This document shows, piece after piece, positions 28,797-43,092 of a DNA stretch of 63,544 nt. Made by a program: the position numbers and the translations under genes. Source of the DNA: Octopus bimaculoides (taxonomy: Eukaryota); contig NC_068997.1 in assembly GCF_001194135.2 (NCBI RefSeq), positions 27,660,801 through 27,724,344 on the forward strand, in the 5' to 3' direction. The notes under the pieces were generated by a model. It had not been told where the DNA came from, ran no database searches, and saw only the letters and a list, made by a program, of their open reading frames with translations. How positions within the stretch are numbered: the first letter of the stretch is position 1; each line of letters begins with the position of its first letter.

Positions 28797-30678
28797 GCTT
28801 AGAGATAATACAAGAATTTCTGTTATTAAGTACATGGCTTTTTCCTTTTCTTATAGTTGGTAGAGTACCAGTAACATACTAGTACTTATTTATCAATAAC
28901 AAATTCATGAAAGGCAGCAAAATTGCCTCTCACAGGATTTAATTCTAAAAACTGAATGACTGAAGTTAAAATAGAGGGCATAATACTGCTACATCATATA
29001 TATTCAGTCCCACTGGGCAAGTGTAGTTAATTTCACTTCTCAACTATGTAGTTTCAGGTTTACACCAACTGCATGGGCTTAAGTGAATTTGATAGTGGAA
29101 AATGAAAGAAGCCCATTGTGTGTGTGTGTGTTCATGGGTTGAATAGGTCTATTTCAGAGTTTTGCATTTTATCACTTGCAGAACCTCGATCATCTTAATA
29201 TGTTTCACTAATTCTTCTCATGTCTTCGACAATTTAGATAACTTGGCATTTCTTTACTCAACTGTCATTTTCCATGCGCACTACATGTTTCTACCAGCAT
29301 CCTATTCTTTCTCTCATACCCAGTTATTCTCTTAGTGCTTGGTTGTTCATGCAGTGACATTATGCATCCTGTGAAGAATGCTTACATCCTTCTTTCCAAC
29401 CTTTTCACATCATCTACATTCACAATCCTAAGTTTTGCTACTAAACACTTCATTCATACATCAGTAACATACACAACTCATCATTTGTAGAAGAGTGTGT
29501 GTGTGTGTGTGTTGAGCAGCAAAAGTAATAGGTTCTATGATCTTTTCCCACTGCCATACTCGGGCTGCTATGCTTTTAAAGTACACTGCTTCATTGTTAG
29601 ATACTAAATAAATGTTAATTTAAAATGGAAAATATTTTGATGAAATTTTTTTTTTATATGGATATTGTGACCGAAATGTTTGAAGACTTTACGAAAAAAA
29701 AAAAAAATCAGCAGATTGTTCTACAAGATGTTTGCTAAGGATATAAATCTTAATAATTATAGACAAAAACATTCATTATTCTCTAAGTAACTATTTATTG
29801 AAAAGAATATTTACAATAGTACAGAAGAATATACAATAGTTACAGAAGAGTATACAACCTAACATCAAACAAAAACACATATATTTATCAAATTGTTTTA
29901 GTAATGTAAAATGTGCTAATCAATACCTTTAACAGCAGAACATTGGCTCAATTACAGAAATAAGATTCCTAACTGAATGTAATAAACAATTTAATCAGCC
30001 AGCTACATACAGCCTATAATTCTCAGATCATTAGTTCATACCACTCTTCAAATGCTAGCACAGTTAAAATTATGCATCATCTTAGAAGATCATTCACAGT
30101 TGCTATTTGGTGATTGAAACAGAGCTATCTTATGCAGCATTATTTTACTCAATGCAGAGACAGAGTTTCAATCTAGAGACAGGTACTACCACACACATAA
30201 AAGCAGCCTTTCAGAAGCTATACATTTCCCATATTCCCAGTCTAACTGCTGTAATTACTTCAATAAATGCACTAAACTAAGAAGTGATTGTAGCAGCATT
30301 TCCTCATGTCTTTTATATGTAACATGTCACAATTTCTCATACACTGACAATTTACAGGGAATGGATGTTAATGGAATTAATTTCATTTCAAATATTTCAG
30401 ATTTCAAGCTTCATAGACATGTTTTCTCTCTTCATTTTTATTCATTATTAAGAAAAAAAAAATCAATTTAACACATGCACTCACGTGCAGATTTCCCCTA
30501 TTTCACTAGAATTCACAATAGCAAACATTTATGAAGTCAATATTCTCTATGATGAACTACATTACAAAAAGAAATGGGAATTCCAATAGAACAAATGATA
30601 AAGTGAATAAAATTTGAAATAAATGCATAAGACAATTACTAGATATGTTACATATATTCTGCACATAAAGAGCAAAAT

Positions 30679-30710
<32 letters not shown>

Positions 30711-32115
30711 CACACACACATAGCTACTAGAAAATTAGATAAACTTTCCACTTAAGAGAGAAGAAGAGGGTCATTGTAAAATGTAAAATATCAAGTTTAT
30801 AAATAAACACTTGATGTGCTGCAATCAAACACCCTGATAGATGATTATTACTTATGTGGCCAAGAGAAGCCTCAGATACTTTTTTTTTTTTTGGAAGGTG
30901 GGAATTGTAAGAGGAGAAGAAAATATAGGAAGTTGGAAACATTTATATATAAAAAAAAAAATACTGCATTAAAGCACATGTATAATTGAACAAATGATAA
31001 TTATGCACCATGCCATTCAGTTTGGTGTGGTATGCAATAGCAAATTCAATAACTGGAGAGAGGGGGGAGTGGGAGATGGGAGGGAGTGAGAGGGAGGAAG
31101 GGGAGGAGTTCAATTATTTTCTTTTCTAATAGAAATGTAAAGGATTAGATTTTGAGAGTGGGAAGAGGAGTCAATGAAATACTTTTCCATTTTTATCCCC
31201 CTATCTTGGTCAGTCTTAATCAAGTAGAATATGATTAAAGCATTCTAACCTAGTTTGGCCTATCCACTCATTTTCACACACTTTTTCTAAGACCACATTG
31301 TCTGTTGTATACTGCCAATAAAATGCTAGCTACTATTTCTCGCAGATCGTTCCAATACAGAAGCTCCAGAGTAAACCAAACTAGCATAGTGTCTATGACC
31401 TTGCACTTCTGAAAACATTTAATCCAGTGACAGTGGTGGATAGAGGCCTCTTAAGAATGCCCTGAGAAGGAAAAACTCACCAAATGTTGATCAGTGATAT
31501 CTGATAAAGAAGGTCAAGAGCTGCTAATGTTGGATTGATGATAATGTCAAAGAAAGAGGTTGAGGGTAGCAACATAGAGACAAGCTCACATTTCCATCTT
31601 TTACGGCTACTACAACTACCATTACCAAATAATATTTAACTTGACATAATTCAATTAGTCTTAGGTGTCCTGCTTGTTACCAACAGAGAACAATTATTCC
31701 CCATTTTCATTGAAGTAGCTTGAGGATTTCCCAACTACCCTTCTTTAAAGTATTTTGTTGGAGTTTTATTTTTTTTATGGTATCTACATTCTGGGCTCAA
31801 ATTTTCCTATGGTCAACTTTGCTAATTATCCTATCAGGTAAATAAAATAAGTGCATCCTTACATAAAATTGTGGTTTTGTACTGGTGTTAGAAATTATTA
31901 TTACTATTATCATTAAAGCGGCATTTCTTCTGGCTCATTACACTCTGAGTTCATATTTCGCTGGAATAATCTTTCCCTCTCATCCCTCCAGGGTAAAAAA
32001 ATACAAGTACCAATCAAATATTGGGGTCAATGTAATCCACTTAACCCTATGCTAACCTTGTGCCAAAATAATGAATTATTAATATTATTAGAGCTGGCAG
32101 AATCATTAGCACATT

Positions 32116-32352
32116 TTTAATTCTTTATTGCCCACAAGGGGCTAAACATAGAGGGGACAAACAAGGACAGACAAAGGGACTAAGTCGATTACATCGACTC
32201 CAGTGCATAACTGGTACTTATTAAATCGACCCCAAAAGGATGAAAGGTAAAGTCAACCTTGGCAGAATTTGAACTCAGAACATAGTGGCAGACGAAATAC
32301 CGCTAAGCATTTCGCCTGGCGTGCTAACGATTCTGCCAGCTTGCCGCCTTCG
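32116..32352 (-). mobile_element. Young family-B SINE nested inside an older, oppositely oriented family-B copy
   Basis: 10-bp TSD TTAGCACATT at 32106-32115 and 32353-32362. The host copy is split into ~32093-32115 and ~32353-32520. Confidence 0.85.
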
Positions 32353-33681
32353 TTAGCACATTGTTCAGTTCTTTATGTTTGGAGTTCAAATTCTGTCAAG
32401 GTCAACGTTGCTTCTAGCTTTCAGGGGTTGATAAAATAAAGTACCAGTCATGTACTGGAGTCAATGGTATTGACTGTTCCCCCTCTCCTCAAAACTACAG
32501 GCTTTGTGCCTCAATCAAAAATCATTATTATGTTCTGATTTCAGATAGAGTTAGGATCAGCTTGGCTTGCTTTCTTCAATAANNNNNNNNNNNNNNNNNN
32601 NNNNNNNNNNNNNNNNNNNNNNNNNNNNNNNNNNNNNNNNNNNNNNNNNNNNNNNNNNNNNNNNNNNNNNNNNNNNNNNNNNNNNNNNNNNNNNNNNNNN
32701 NNNNNNNNNNNNNNNNNNNNNNNNNNNNNNNNNNNNNNNNNNNNNNNNNNNNNNNNNNNNNNNNNNNNNNNNNNNNNNNNNNNNNNNNNNNNNNNNNNNN
32801 NNNNNNNNNNNNNNNNNNNNNNNNNNNNNNNNNNNNNNNNNNNNNNNNNNNNNNNNNNNNNNNNNNNNNNNNNNNNGAGAGAGAGAGAGAGAGAGGGGGG
32901 CAGACAGAGACAGAAGGTACATAATTAAATTCTTACTATAGTTTAATGCATCTTTCCAATTAACAGTGCTTCATTAAGATACCTGTGTGAAAGTATTGTG
33001 TAGATTTAATTACATAGCTACACATAACAGACTCCATATTCTTTGCTATAGTAAGAATTGAACATTTAAATGTTTATGTATTCATGCACATAACTACAAC
33101 ACACATATATAGAGTTTGACTACATTATCTAAAGCGTCCTTTTGTCTGTTTAAGACATGTGATGTCATAAATATTTGACTGCTGCTATTTCTACCTGGAC
33201 CAACAAACAAGATGCTGTTATTGATGCCAATGTTGTTACTGTTGCTCAATCGAAAGCTAGCCTAACTCCAGCTGACCTATGATCACAAATGTTTCAGCAG
33301 TGACCATTCTGGTTTTATTTCAGACCTACAGTATCTAGAACTACATTATTCAATGTCTCCATTCTGTTTAACAGCCCAGTGGAATTTCAGAAAGATCTGG
33401 AGGACATTTCTAGAAGGTCAAATGACCCCACAGACGTTCCCTTTATAGTTATTGTAAGCGAGGACAATTCCGTCAAACATGTACATTTTGCAGGAACTTA
33501 ATTCAGCATACGTAACAAAGACAGTCAACCACTATGTGGTAGTTTAACCTGCTAGAAACAATAGTTAATCATTCTCAAAATCATACTATACAATATTAAA
33601 AAAAAAAAACCAATACATTGTTGAACAGTCTCTGATACACAAAAATGTAGGGTGGTCATGGTTGAAGTACCTTTGCCAGCC

Positions 33682-33760
33682 AAACAGACGTCAGACAGAT
33701 GCATGCAGCTAAACAGACCTCAGACAGGTGCAACCAACTAAACAGACATCAGATAGATCA
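33682..33760. repeat. 29-bp tandem repeat, ~2.7 copies (AAACAGACNTCAGACAG..)
   Basis: Seen directly. Confidence 0.8.
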
Positions 33761-33771
33761 TCACCACCACC

Positions 33772-34600
33772 CTCATCATTTAATGTCTGTTTTCCATGCT
33801 GGCGTGGGTTGGACAGCTTAACAGGAGCTGAACCAACTCCAATTATTTGTCATAATATTTCTACAGCTGGATGCCCCTCCTAATACCAACTACTTTACAG
33901 AATGTGCTGGGTGCTTTTTACACGATACCATCAGGGGTGTGCTTATGCAGCACTGACACAGGTGTGTTAATGCAACACCGACACAGCTGCTTTTTAAGAG
34001 GAACCAGCACCTGAAAGGACCAGCCTGTATGTGTGGAAGACAATGATTTTGCTTAGCATGACACGACTTATCAAGTACAGCAAATCGCTACATCTCCCAG
34101 TCCCTTGTCATTTCCTCAGTGAGGCTGAAGATCCTTTCTCACGACTTCGTCCCACATCTTCCTGGGTCTACCCCTTCCACAATTAGAGACCGACACTTCT
34201 TTATACAGCTGTCCTCATCCATACACATCACATGACCAAACCAGCGCAGTTTTCTCTCTTGAACACCTGATGCCTCTTATATCCAATTTTCCTCTTAAAT
34301 CATTTACACTCTGTGGTGCATGTACAGTGACATTACCCATCCAGCAGGGCAATGCCAGCTTCATTTTTTTGAGCTTTTGCAAGTCCTCTGTAATTAAAGT
34401 CCATGTTACACAGCCATGTAACATAGCTGTACATACATAGGCATCATACAATCTGCCTTTCACTCTGAGGAAGAGGCCCTTAATTACCAACAAAGGTAGA
34501 AGCTCTCTGAACTTTGCCCAGCCCGTTCTTATTCTAGCAACTCTACTTTCAGAACTTCCTCCTCTGCTGCTAACTTGGTCGCCTAGGTAACAAGCTATCT
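33772..34600 (-). mobile_element. RTE-clade LINE 3' fragment (ORF C-terminus plus UTR)
   Basis: LVIKGLFLRVKGRLYDAYVCTAMLHGCVTW..GRPRKMWDEVVRKD. Similar fragments at ~29150-29480 (-), ~40200-40680 (+), ~42150-42600 (-), ~50655-50830 (+). Confidence 0.85.
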
Positions 34601-36289
34601 ACCACTTCTAATGATCCCCTCAAGTATTTGAGGGAGTCTACTGCCTATGCATTTTTAGTGCTTATTGTACCTGCACATTTGTCACACACAAAGATTATAT
34701 ATAGAAAAATAAACCAGATGGCTATGATTCAAATGCATTTGATGACAGGTCCACTTGTTCAAGGGCTGACCTACGACTAAACACCATGTCATTTTAGTGT
34801 AAATGAATATATTACAATGTGTTTAAGTGAAACATGCTACAGTTTATTTTTTTATACATTCTGTAAACATGTACCTATGTAGTCATTAGAAAGTGTATTT
34901 ATGATATGCACACACAAACACATATACGTGTGGATGTATGATTGTAAACATGTATGTATGCATATATATGGAATATGTGCATGCATGTCTATATGCATGT
35001 ATACTGTGTGTATATATGTATGCATATACATGCATGTATGCATATTCCTTACAGACAAATACCACTTTGTCAATCAAATAGAAAAAAGACCATATGCACA
35101 CAGCTGATCCCTTTTCATCATTGGTCTGTTTAATTGAGTTAGAAAGGAACAAAGCAGAAACAAATCTTCACTTATATGTATACAAGTGTGCGTATATGTG
35201 GGTGAAGTTTTGTTTATGCTGCTTTAAAGATAAAGTATCTGACAAACCATGGAAAGAACTCGACATTGATAAACAGTGTGGATAATTTAACAAATGTATT
35301 GAAAATTAATTGCTACATATGGACAGATGTTTCACTCCCCACCAGAAAAGACTCTCGATCATTAAACAGGTACAACTGTTCTCATACATAATTAACTGAA
35401 TCCAAAACTGAAGGGAAACCGTCAGACCATGATATTAAGAAGGCAGAGGGTTCTTAAGTGTGAGGAACAGTATACATAACAACAGACAATCTTATGTTTG
35501 TAACAAAACTATAAAGTGTAAGATAAAAGTCTTAAAGTTTGGCAAAGGATTGTAATGTCATTTTTATAAGAAAGATTTCAATGATTGCTTATTTTTAAAA
35601 CTGCATTATGGGGTAAGTATGAAGGGCTAGATATGATCAGTTTGAACATATAAAACTAGTAGAATATTTGGGGTGGATATGGCTGGTTAAAATGCTAAAA
35701 GGTTGAATAAAATAGTAGGAATTCCATCAATATACATAATGGTGAACCCATCTCTCTAGGTCTGACCATAGCTGATTTCTCCCAGAAAGAAAAAACAGGA
35801 GAAAGAGAAGAATCAACTTTAGTATTTGACCAGTACTTCGAAAGGGGTAACCTCAGTGAAATTTGAATGTGGAGTACAGAGAAATGGAATGAATGATTAT
35901 CACAAAGCAATTTATCTAAAGCCCCAACCAATTGGCCACCTATTCTACTTACATGTTTCAACATAATTAAAACTGTTAAAAGAAATGATATGAATGATCT
36001 ACAAGATGGAATTTATAATATAAAAAGAGAATAGTTAATAATTATGAAGGCTGTTATTTATAGTTTTATAACATAATTATATTCTAGCAATGACTTTCTT
36101 TTACACCTGTTTTTTCTGATTTCACATACCCATCATAAGCGGCAGCACCTACACTATCATTTCTATCCAAGCTATTCATTATTGAAGTTTATTCATGCTT
36201 TATGGTAAAATCATTCCATATTAAACTTTATATTTTAATTTCATGTGTATGAATCTTTTGATGATATTCAATATGTATACACGAAGATT

Positions 36290-37030
36290 CATTTTTTTCT
36301 TCTTTACTTTAATGTAATGAATTTGTCAAATGAGATAAAGTTAACAAAAATTTATCAATGTGAGTATACTAAAGAGGTGAACTATCTCCGTGTTTTATAG
36401 ATTCTGAGGTAACATGTTGAGATTGTTTATTGACAGATATTACTCGCAAATAGAATCACAGATTTTGGCTGATGATACTGTGTTCATGGTGTATGAGTAA
36501 TCTTGTTTTTTCGATTCCCATATGAATGAAGATAGAGAAGTGTCTAATGGTTAGAAAGGTCTGTATTTACTATAGAGAACTTTAAAAGAGTTTGATGTAA
36601 GTCCTATTTTAGATGTGTTATGTTTGAATTTCTTGTTTATATATTATCTACTTCACTACAGTTTTGACTTTGGTGGGAAGTTTTGTCTGGCTAGGGCAAT
36701 TCCAGTTTTGGTTGATGTTGCTCAACATTGGTTTCTTTTGTGGAGGTTGGGAGAAGTGAAGTTGGAAGTAATTCAGTGGGCAAGTTTAATATTATTTTCA
36801 TTAGATAATTTATTGTATCTATGGAAAGGGTGGGAATAGTTATCAATTTGAAACATATGTTCTGCTGTAGTTCTATGTGCAATGTTGAAAGGGGACTATA
36901 CCAAATGATGTTCCGTTTTGTTTTGCTGCTTTGAGTATTTCTCTTATTTACATATGTTAATTTTCCTTGTACCCAATTTTAGCCAATACATCATTGCATT
37001 AAGAATATCAACTTATTGGCAGAAAATTTT
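36290..37030 (-). mobile_element. Decayed Penelope-like element: RT-thumb/linker and GIY-YIG endonuclease region
   Basis: Frameshifted KTKRNIIWYSP (cf. RNIIWFNPPY), FPPFHRYNKL (cf. HFP..H.LHKIFN), NWNCP (cf. CNC....CP) and SLSSFIWESKK (cf. T.LS.YIW.LK), in the expected order. Confidence 0.75.
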
Positions 37031-38984
37031 TAGTCTCACTCTTTGTGACTTTTTATCTGTGAAACCTCATTAATGCAGAAGAACTCTAATAGCTTGTTGA
37101 ACATAATCAACTTCTTAGTGAAGCCAAAGTGAACCAGTTTCAACTAAGTGAATATTTTTAGCTACTTTTATCATTATTCTTCCTGCCCTTAACTGGTATG
37201 AATTGTATAAATCTCTTCTCTACTGAACACCAGCGAAAGCATGACTATTCGCATAAATATTGCTCATCTATCAGCTCCAGCCATTAATTTTGACAAGTGT
37301 GATCTCCCACATCTTCAACATATACAATGCAAAGTAATCATGTCTCTCCTCTCCATCAAGAAATCTGTTCCTGCTCATTCTTTGGTATTTTAACCTCCAA
37401 TCTCCTAGCATAAAGTCACCTCCCTCTCTACTGTAGCTTCACTCAGTTGGGATTTTAATCTTGTGAGTTACACGGTAACCTCACTAGTGCTGGGACCACA
37501 AAAAAAAAATGCACCCAGTACACTCTCTAAAGTGGTTGGCATTAGGGAAAGCATCCCACCGAAGTAACAATGCCAAAACAGACATTGGAAAACAATGTAG
37601 TTCTCTAACCTGTCAAACTATCCAACTCAGTGTGGAAGATGTTAAAAACATGATGATGACTGCTGTCTCATTTAACAACAGCTCAAAATAATTTTCAAGC
37701 CTTTCTTAAGTGTTAGCTACAGCACTTTTGTTATTCTGTATAAACATTATAAGTACCAGGAAAGATAACGTCTTCTGGGCAGTTTCCTCATATTTAATAC
37801 ATTGCCATGTTTCCTGTATCATCATCGTTTTAATGTCTGCTTCTCCATGATTGCATGGACTAGATGGAATTTGCTGGAGTGTATTTTTTGATGGACAACA
37901 AACTTTGTTTCCAAGTAAGATGATAATTCCCCATGACAAGATATATTTCCAAATAAGGCTGGAAACTGACACTGCTTATACAACAGTGTCACTCATTTAC
38001 AGCTGTCATACAACATCAAGACAAGGAGGCACATCCACAACACAGGAGTTTCTTTCAGTTTCCATTTACCAAATCCACTGACAAGGTTTTGGTTGACCCA
38101 GAGCTAGAGAAGAAGACACTAGCCCAAGCCTAAGGTATCATGCAGTGAGACTAAACCAAAAACCATATGGCTGGAAAGCAAACATTTTAACCATACAGGT
38201 TGTTCTTTCTAACTTTTAAAGAAAAACCAAGAATTATATCATTTGAAAAAATGCTGAAATAGCTTTCAAACAAACATGTAAAAACTTTTAATCATTTCTT
38301 ACAAAAACAAAGTCCAAAAGCTGAAATATCAAAGTAATTTGATTTGTTCCTAACTATAACATTTCATGTTTTTTTTTGTTTTTCTTTTCAAAATTAAAAT
38401 TACTGTAATATTGTCATGAGAGTGAAATTGATATTGGCAGGGGGAAGTAGTGAAAAAAGAAGTGAAATTAAGTTTAAATATGAAGACAGGATGCATAATC
38501 ATCATCGTTTAACATCCGATTTCCATGCTAGCATGGGTTGGACAATTTGACTAAGGGCTGGCGAACCAGATGGCTGCACCAGGCTCCAATCTGATCTGGC
38601 AGAGTTTCTACAGCTGGATGCCCTTCAGATTGTATGTTGCCTACATGCATGGCACTGAACATAGGATGTGCAAGTATCAGAGCGAAATAAAGTATGCTTT
38701 GCTGGATTATAGTGCTAGTATGAATAAGTGTGGTAACAGATGAGCTGAGAGATAAACAGTAGGGATTAGTTACAGTATACGAGACTACATTACTATGGAT
38801 AGGTGATATGTATGGATGATATAGGACTAACACTCAAGATGCTAGAGGAGTTGCATATGGTAATGGGGTGGCTAGATGCAAACACCTGGTCATGAGTGAG
38901 AACCCCCTTAACTGTTATCAAACAATCACACATTTCCTTTCAGGTGCACAAACACAAGTTATCCTTTAATCAGGTAAAAAAAAA

Positions 38985-39800
38985 AAACTTCAAGGCTGCA
39001 ACTATCAATGCTGGCACAATGAGGTAAATATGATGAGATTATGGAGATGTTACATGCAAGAGGTGGGATGGAGGTGAACCTCACCCAGACTTTCCACAGA
39101 CAAAGAACATTGGTTCAAATTCTTCTGGGTAGGTAACAATGCTAGTTTAGGTGTAGAAGGCATACTGGTGACTGAAAACGGATAATGTAACTGAAGTAAT
39201 TAGAATGTGTAATTAAGCTTAGACTAGTAGGCAAATTAATAGCAACTGTTATCTCTGCTTACATATCACAATCAAGACTGGTTGACATGGTAAAAGGACT
39301 CCTGTTATGATGTACTTTTGTGAGCCACTTTGATAACAAATAACAACTACATCATTATTTTGGCTGGTGTCTTTACTGAACATATTGGATACATCGAATG
39401 GCTCTCTCAGAGTACATAATGGCTATAGACATGGTTCCATGAGGAAGGATCAAGGCTTCTAGAGTTTTGTAATGCATATGAACTATCCATAGGAAACAAG
39501 GATTTCAAGAAATTAACTAACCACTTGATTACTTTCCAACCAGGCAAATATGCAAGCCAAAGAGTAGGTGTTCATTAAGGCACAGCTCTCAATCCCTTCC
39601 TATTTATACTTCTCCAAGTTTTAACAGATGAAATGGGGACTCTTTCATACTGATGACCTAGTCTTTGCAGCAGAGTCTGTGAAAGACTTAGAGAATTCTA
39701 GACATGGAAGCAAAATCTGGCATTCAAAAGCCTCATAGTAAACTTGGTGAAGACCATGTAGAAATGACTCTTCTTTCATTAGGGAAATGGTCAAGCATGA
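38985..39800 (+). mobile_element. RTE LINE relic: APE endonuclease domain joined to an RT C-terminal segment
   Basis: ATINAGTMR..EIMEML..FFWVGN..TVISAY..ILAGVFTEHIG..EGSRLLEFC (endonuclease), then HTDDLVFAAES (YADD-type motif). Confidence 0.8.
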
Positions 39801-42800
39801 TAGTAGGGACCTCCATGTATTGTACACAATATGAACTATGTACAGAGTAGTGAGATTATAAACAAGCAGATGGTGAATAAAAATTTTGTAAGATGTAGAT
39901 ATACAAAATAGTTAGCAGTCAGAGCAGCAGTAAAATAAATTCTTTTCAGTGCTTAAAAGGATCTGTAGGAGTAATGATAACGTTTATTACCTGGACAACC
40001 TAATCAACAACAATTACCATAATAAAGACAGGACAGAATAAGTTCAGAGAGTTATTACTTCGGTAAGCAACAAATAAATTCTTTTTCAAGCGAAGGGTAG
40101 ATTGTATGTTATGTGTGTACAAAGTGCAATGCTGCATGGTAGCAAGACATGGGCACTGAACACAGAGGATGTGTAAAGATGGGAAAGAAACAAAATATGC
40201 ACGATATGCTGCATATATAATGTTAATACGCATGAATGACTTGGTACAAATGAGCTAACAGATAAACTAAGTATAAAGGAATCAATTTTAATGTGCAAAA
40301 ATGAAGATAGCATTACTTCAGATGTGATGCATATAGAAGAGGAAGACCAAAGAGGACATAGACAAAAGTGGTTAAAAGCTGATTCGAGGAAATGACAAAG
40401 AAATATAACAGAAGCAAGATGCTGTGCTGGAAAGAACCTGTCCAACCTATAGGAAAGCAGATGTAAATGTATGAGAGAGGAGACTGCATTGGTATGGGCA
40501 TGTATTGTGGATGGAAGATGACAGCTGCATAAGCAAATGTCAAGTGCTCAAAGTGAATGGTATCAGAGGGAGACCAAAAACAGTATGGGATGAAGTGGTG
40601 AAAAATGATCTCAAGATGTTACATCTGATGAAGGAGATTATTAAAGACTATGTTAACTGGTGATATGTGGTACTGCAGAAAACAATTTCCAGTGCACCCT
40701 TCCCTTTGCCTATGGAGTATCCTCTCTGCACACATCATTGTACATATACATTTCAAACCTTCTCGTACCCTCTCATCTCTTGTACCATGACACTCATAAA
40801 CTGAAAGGGAAGTGCTTGATTTGTACATATTGAATATTTCCCTTTTGCTACTCCTCTTTCCACCCAAATCCCAAGTCATGACGCATAAATCAGGAGTAAT
40901 TACAGGCTAGCAGCCTTTACCAGCTCTTCTTGACTTTCCTGTCACCATGCTCTTTTAGACATGTTACCATGACAATATACTCTGGTCTCATCATCATTTA
41001 TCTTCTGCACCATTCCTTCCATCCATAAATAATGTGAAGTAGCACTGCATCTCCTACTCCACCCCATCTTTTGCCCTTATCACTCAAATTCTCTCTCACT
41101 AATTCCTTCACACTACCTCTCCCTCTCATTACCCACCTATGTATAACAATAGGTAGCGCTACACTCACTTCTACTCAACTTCTTCATGCTACCTTTTACT
41201 ATTAACACATTCCCTAGTAGCAGCCCTACCTTTTCCCAACAATAAACTTGTGTAACTCTAATAAGAACTGTCTTGAATCCTAACCAACTGTCCAATACAT
41301 GCTGGCATGGCAGACGGACTGACCCATCCCATCACTGGGTCCACCTGCTCAACCAACTCCAGCATCATTATCATACTGTCCTCTTACCCTTCTCCTTCCA
41401 TATAACTCTGACTTTACTTTTCCCTTTTTTCTGTTACCATCCTCTCACAATAAACCTGTTCCTTTCCTTCACATGATGATCTCTTTTGCTTTGCAAGCTA
41501 CAAGGCAACACTAACAGTGCTGGTGTCATAAAAAGCACCTAGTACATTGAATGTTTAATAACTGATCTGAACAACAAGAAAGGAGGATTTCACAAGGTCC
41601 TTTAGTCTTGTTGATGGCAAGGCACCCTCTAGAGTGCTGGTGCTACAAAAAAGTGCATCCAGTACACTATGTAAAGTGGCTGGTGACAGGAAGGTGACAT
41701 TATAGAGGAAGGCATGGTCCTCCAACTTTTTGAATCCTATTGAACAATCCTATCCATGACAGCAAGGAAAGCAGATATAAAAAGATGATCTCTCTCTCAC
41801 ACACGGCTAAGTGTGCATTGTAATTACATGCCACATGGTTTGGGGTCCAGTTGAAAGAGATGCCATTAGGAATAAAGAATGTATGCCAAAGGAAGTGGTT
41901 GCAAAGAGTGGAGAGATATCTGGTGAAACAAAAAAGTATGATGAAATAAGTAATTCCTCTTTCAATTACAGGATACTGCAGTAGTTAGAAGAGTGATGGA
42001 GGGATCAGTGATGACAGAGAATTGAGAGAGTGGTGGGGACAGCATGATAGAAGTAAACTGGGTAAAAGGTCTGGTTGTGTGCATACACATTACGCTTTCA
42101 GAACCTTAGTCTCACCATGGTGGATGGATGTTCTCAAGCACTGCTTATTGCCAATCATCATGGTCCTTTGTCATCTCTCCTCGGAAGCCATCAGTACTTC
42201 ACCCATATCTTCCGAAGTTTCCCTCTTTCACAAGCTCCATCCACATTAAAACACTTGTACAGCTGTCTCTATCTATACACACATGTCCATACCAGTGCTG
42301 TCATTTCCCTTGCACGCCATATCTGATTCCTCTTGTGCTCCGTTTTTCTTTCACCATATATTGTTACTTCATTGTTCATACACACTGATGTTACACCTTC
42401 AGTAGAGAATACCAAATCAATTATCTTTCTTGTCTTCACAACCCCTCTGCATTCAGGGCTCATGTCTCATTACCATGTAGTTATGCAGTTCATACATAAG
42501 CATCATACAATCTACCTTTCACTCGAGAGAAAAACTTTTTTTTTTAACAAAGGTAATAGCCCTCTGAACTTTTCCCAGATGTCTTGGATATTTCAGATTT
42601 AGCATGGCTTCTATGGACGGATGTCCTGCCTAACACCAACCACTTCTTAGAGTGTATTGGGCACACTTATCGTGGCCCCAACATCTATGAGGTCACCTTG
42701 TAACTAGAAGGATTATAAAGAGCCGCCACGACTGCGAGCAAGAAGAGGAATGAAGGTGAGAAGTTAATGTATGATGGAAGGAGGGTGGTAGCAATAGCAG

Positions 42801-42804
42801 AGAG

Positions 42805-42848
<44 letters not shown>

Positions 42849-43058
42849 GGGGAAAGGAATAATTAAAGGGAGAGAAAAGGAAAGTGGTGAGAAGGAGTCA
42901 GAGAGTATTAGATTGTAGAGTGGGTTGAGTAGGAGAGAGATGTGCGTACGTGAATATACACACACATACAGAAATAATATATGTATATATACTGCATATA
43001 ATATATACCAGACATATATACGTATATATGTATAAAGCGAGAGAAGCATACACACACA

Positions 43059-43092
<34 letters not shown>

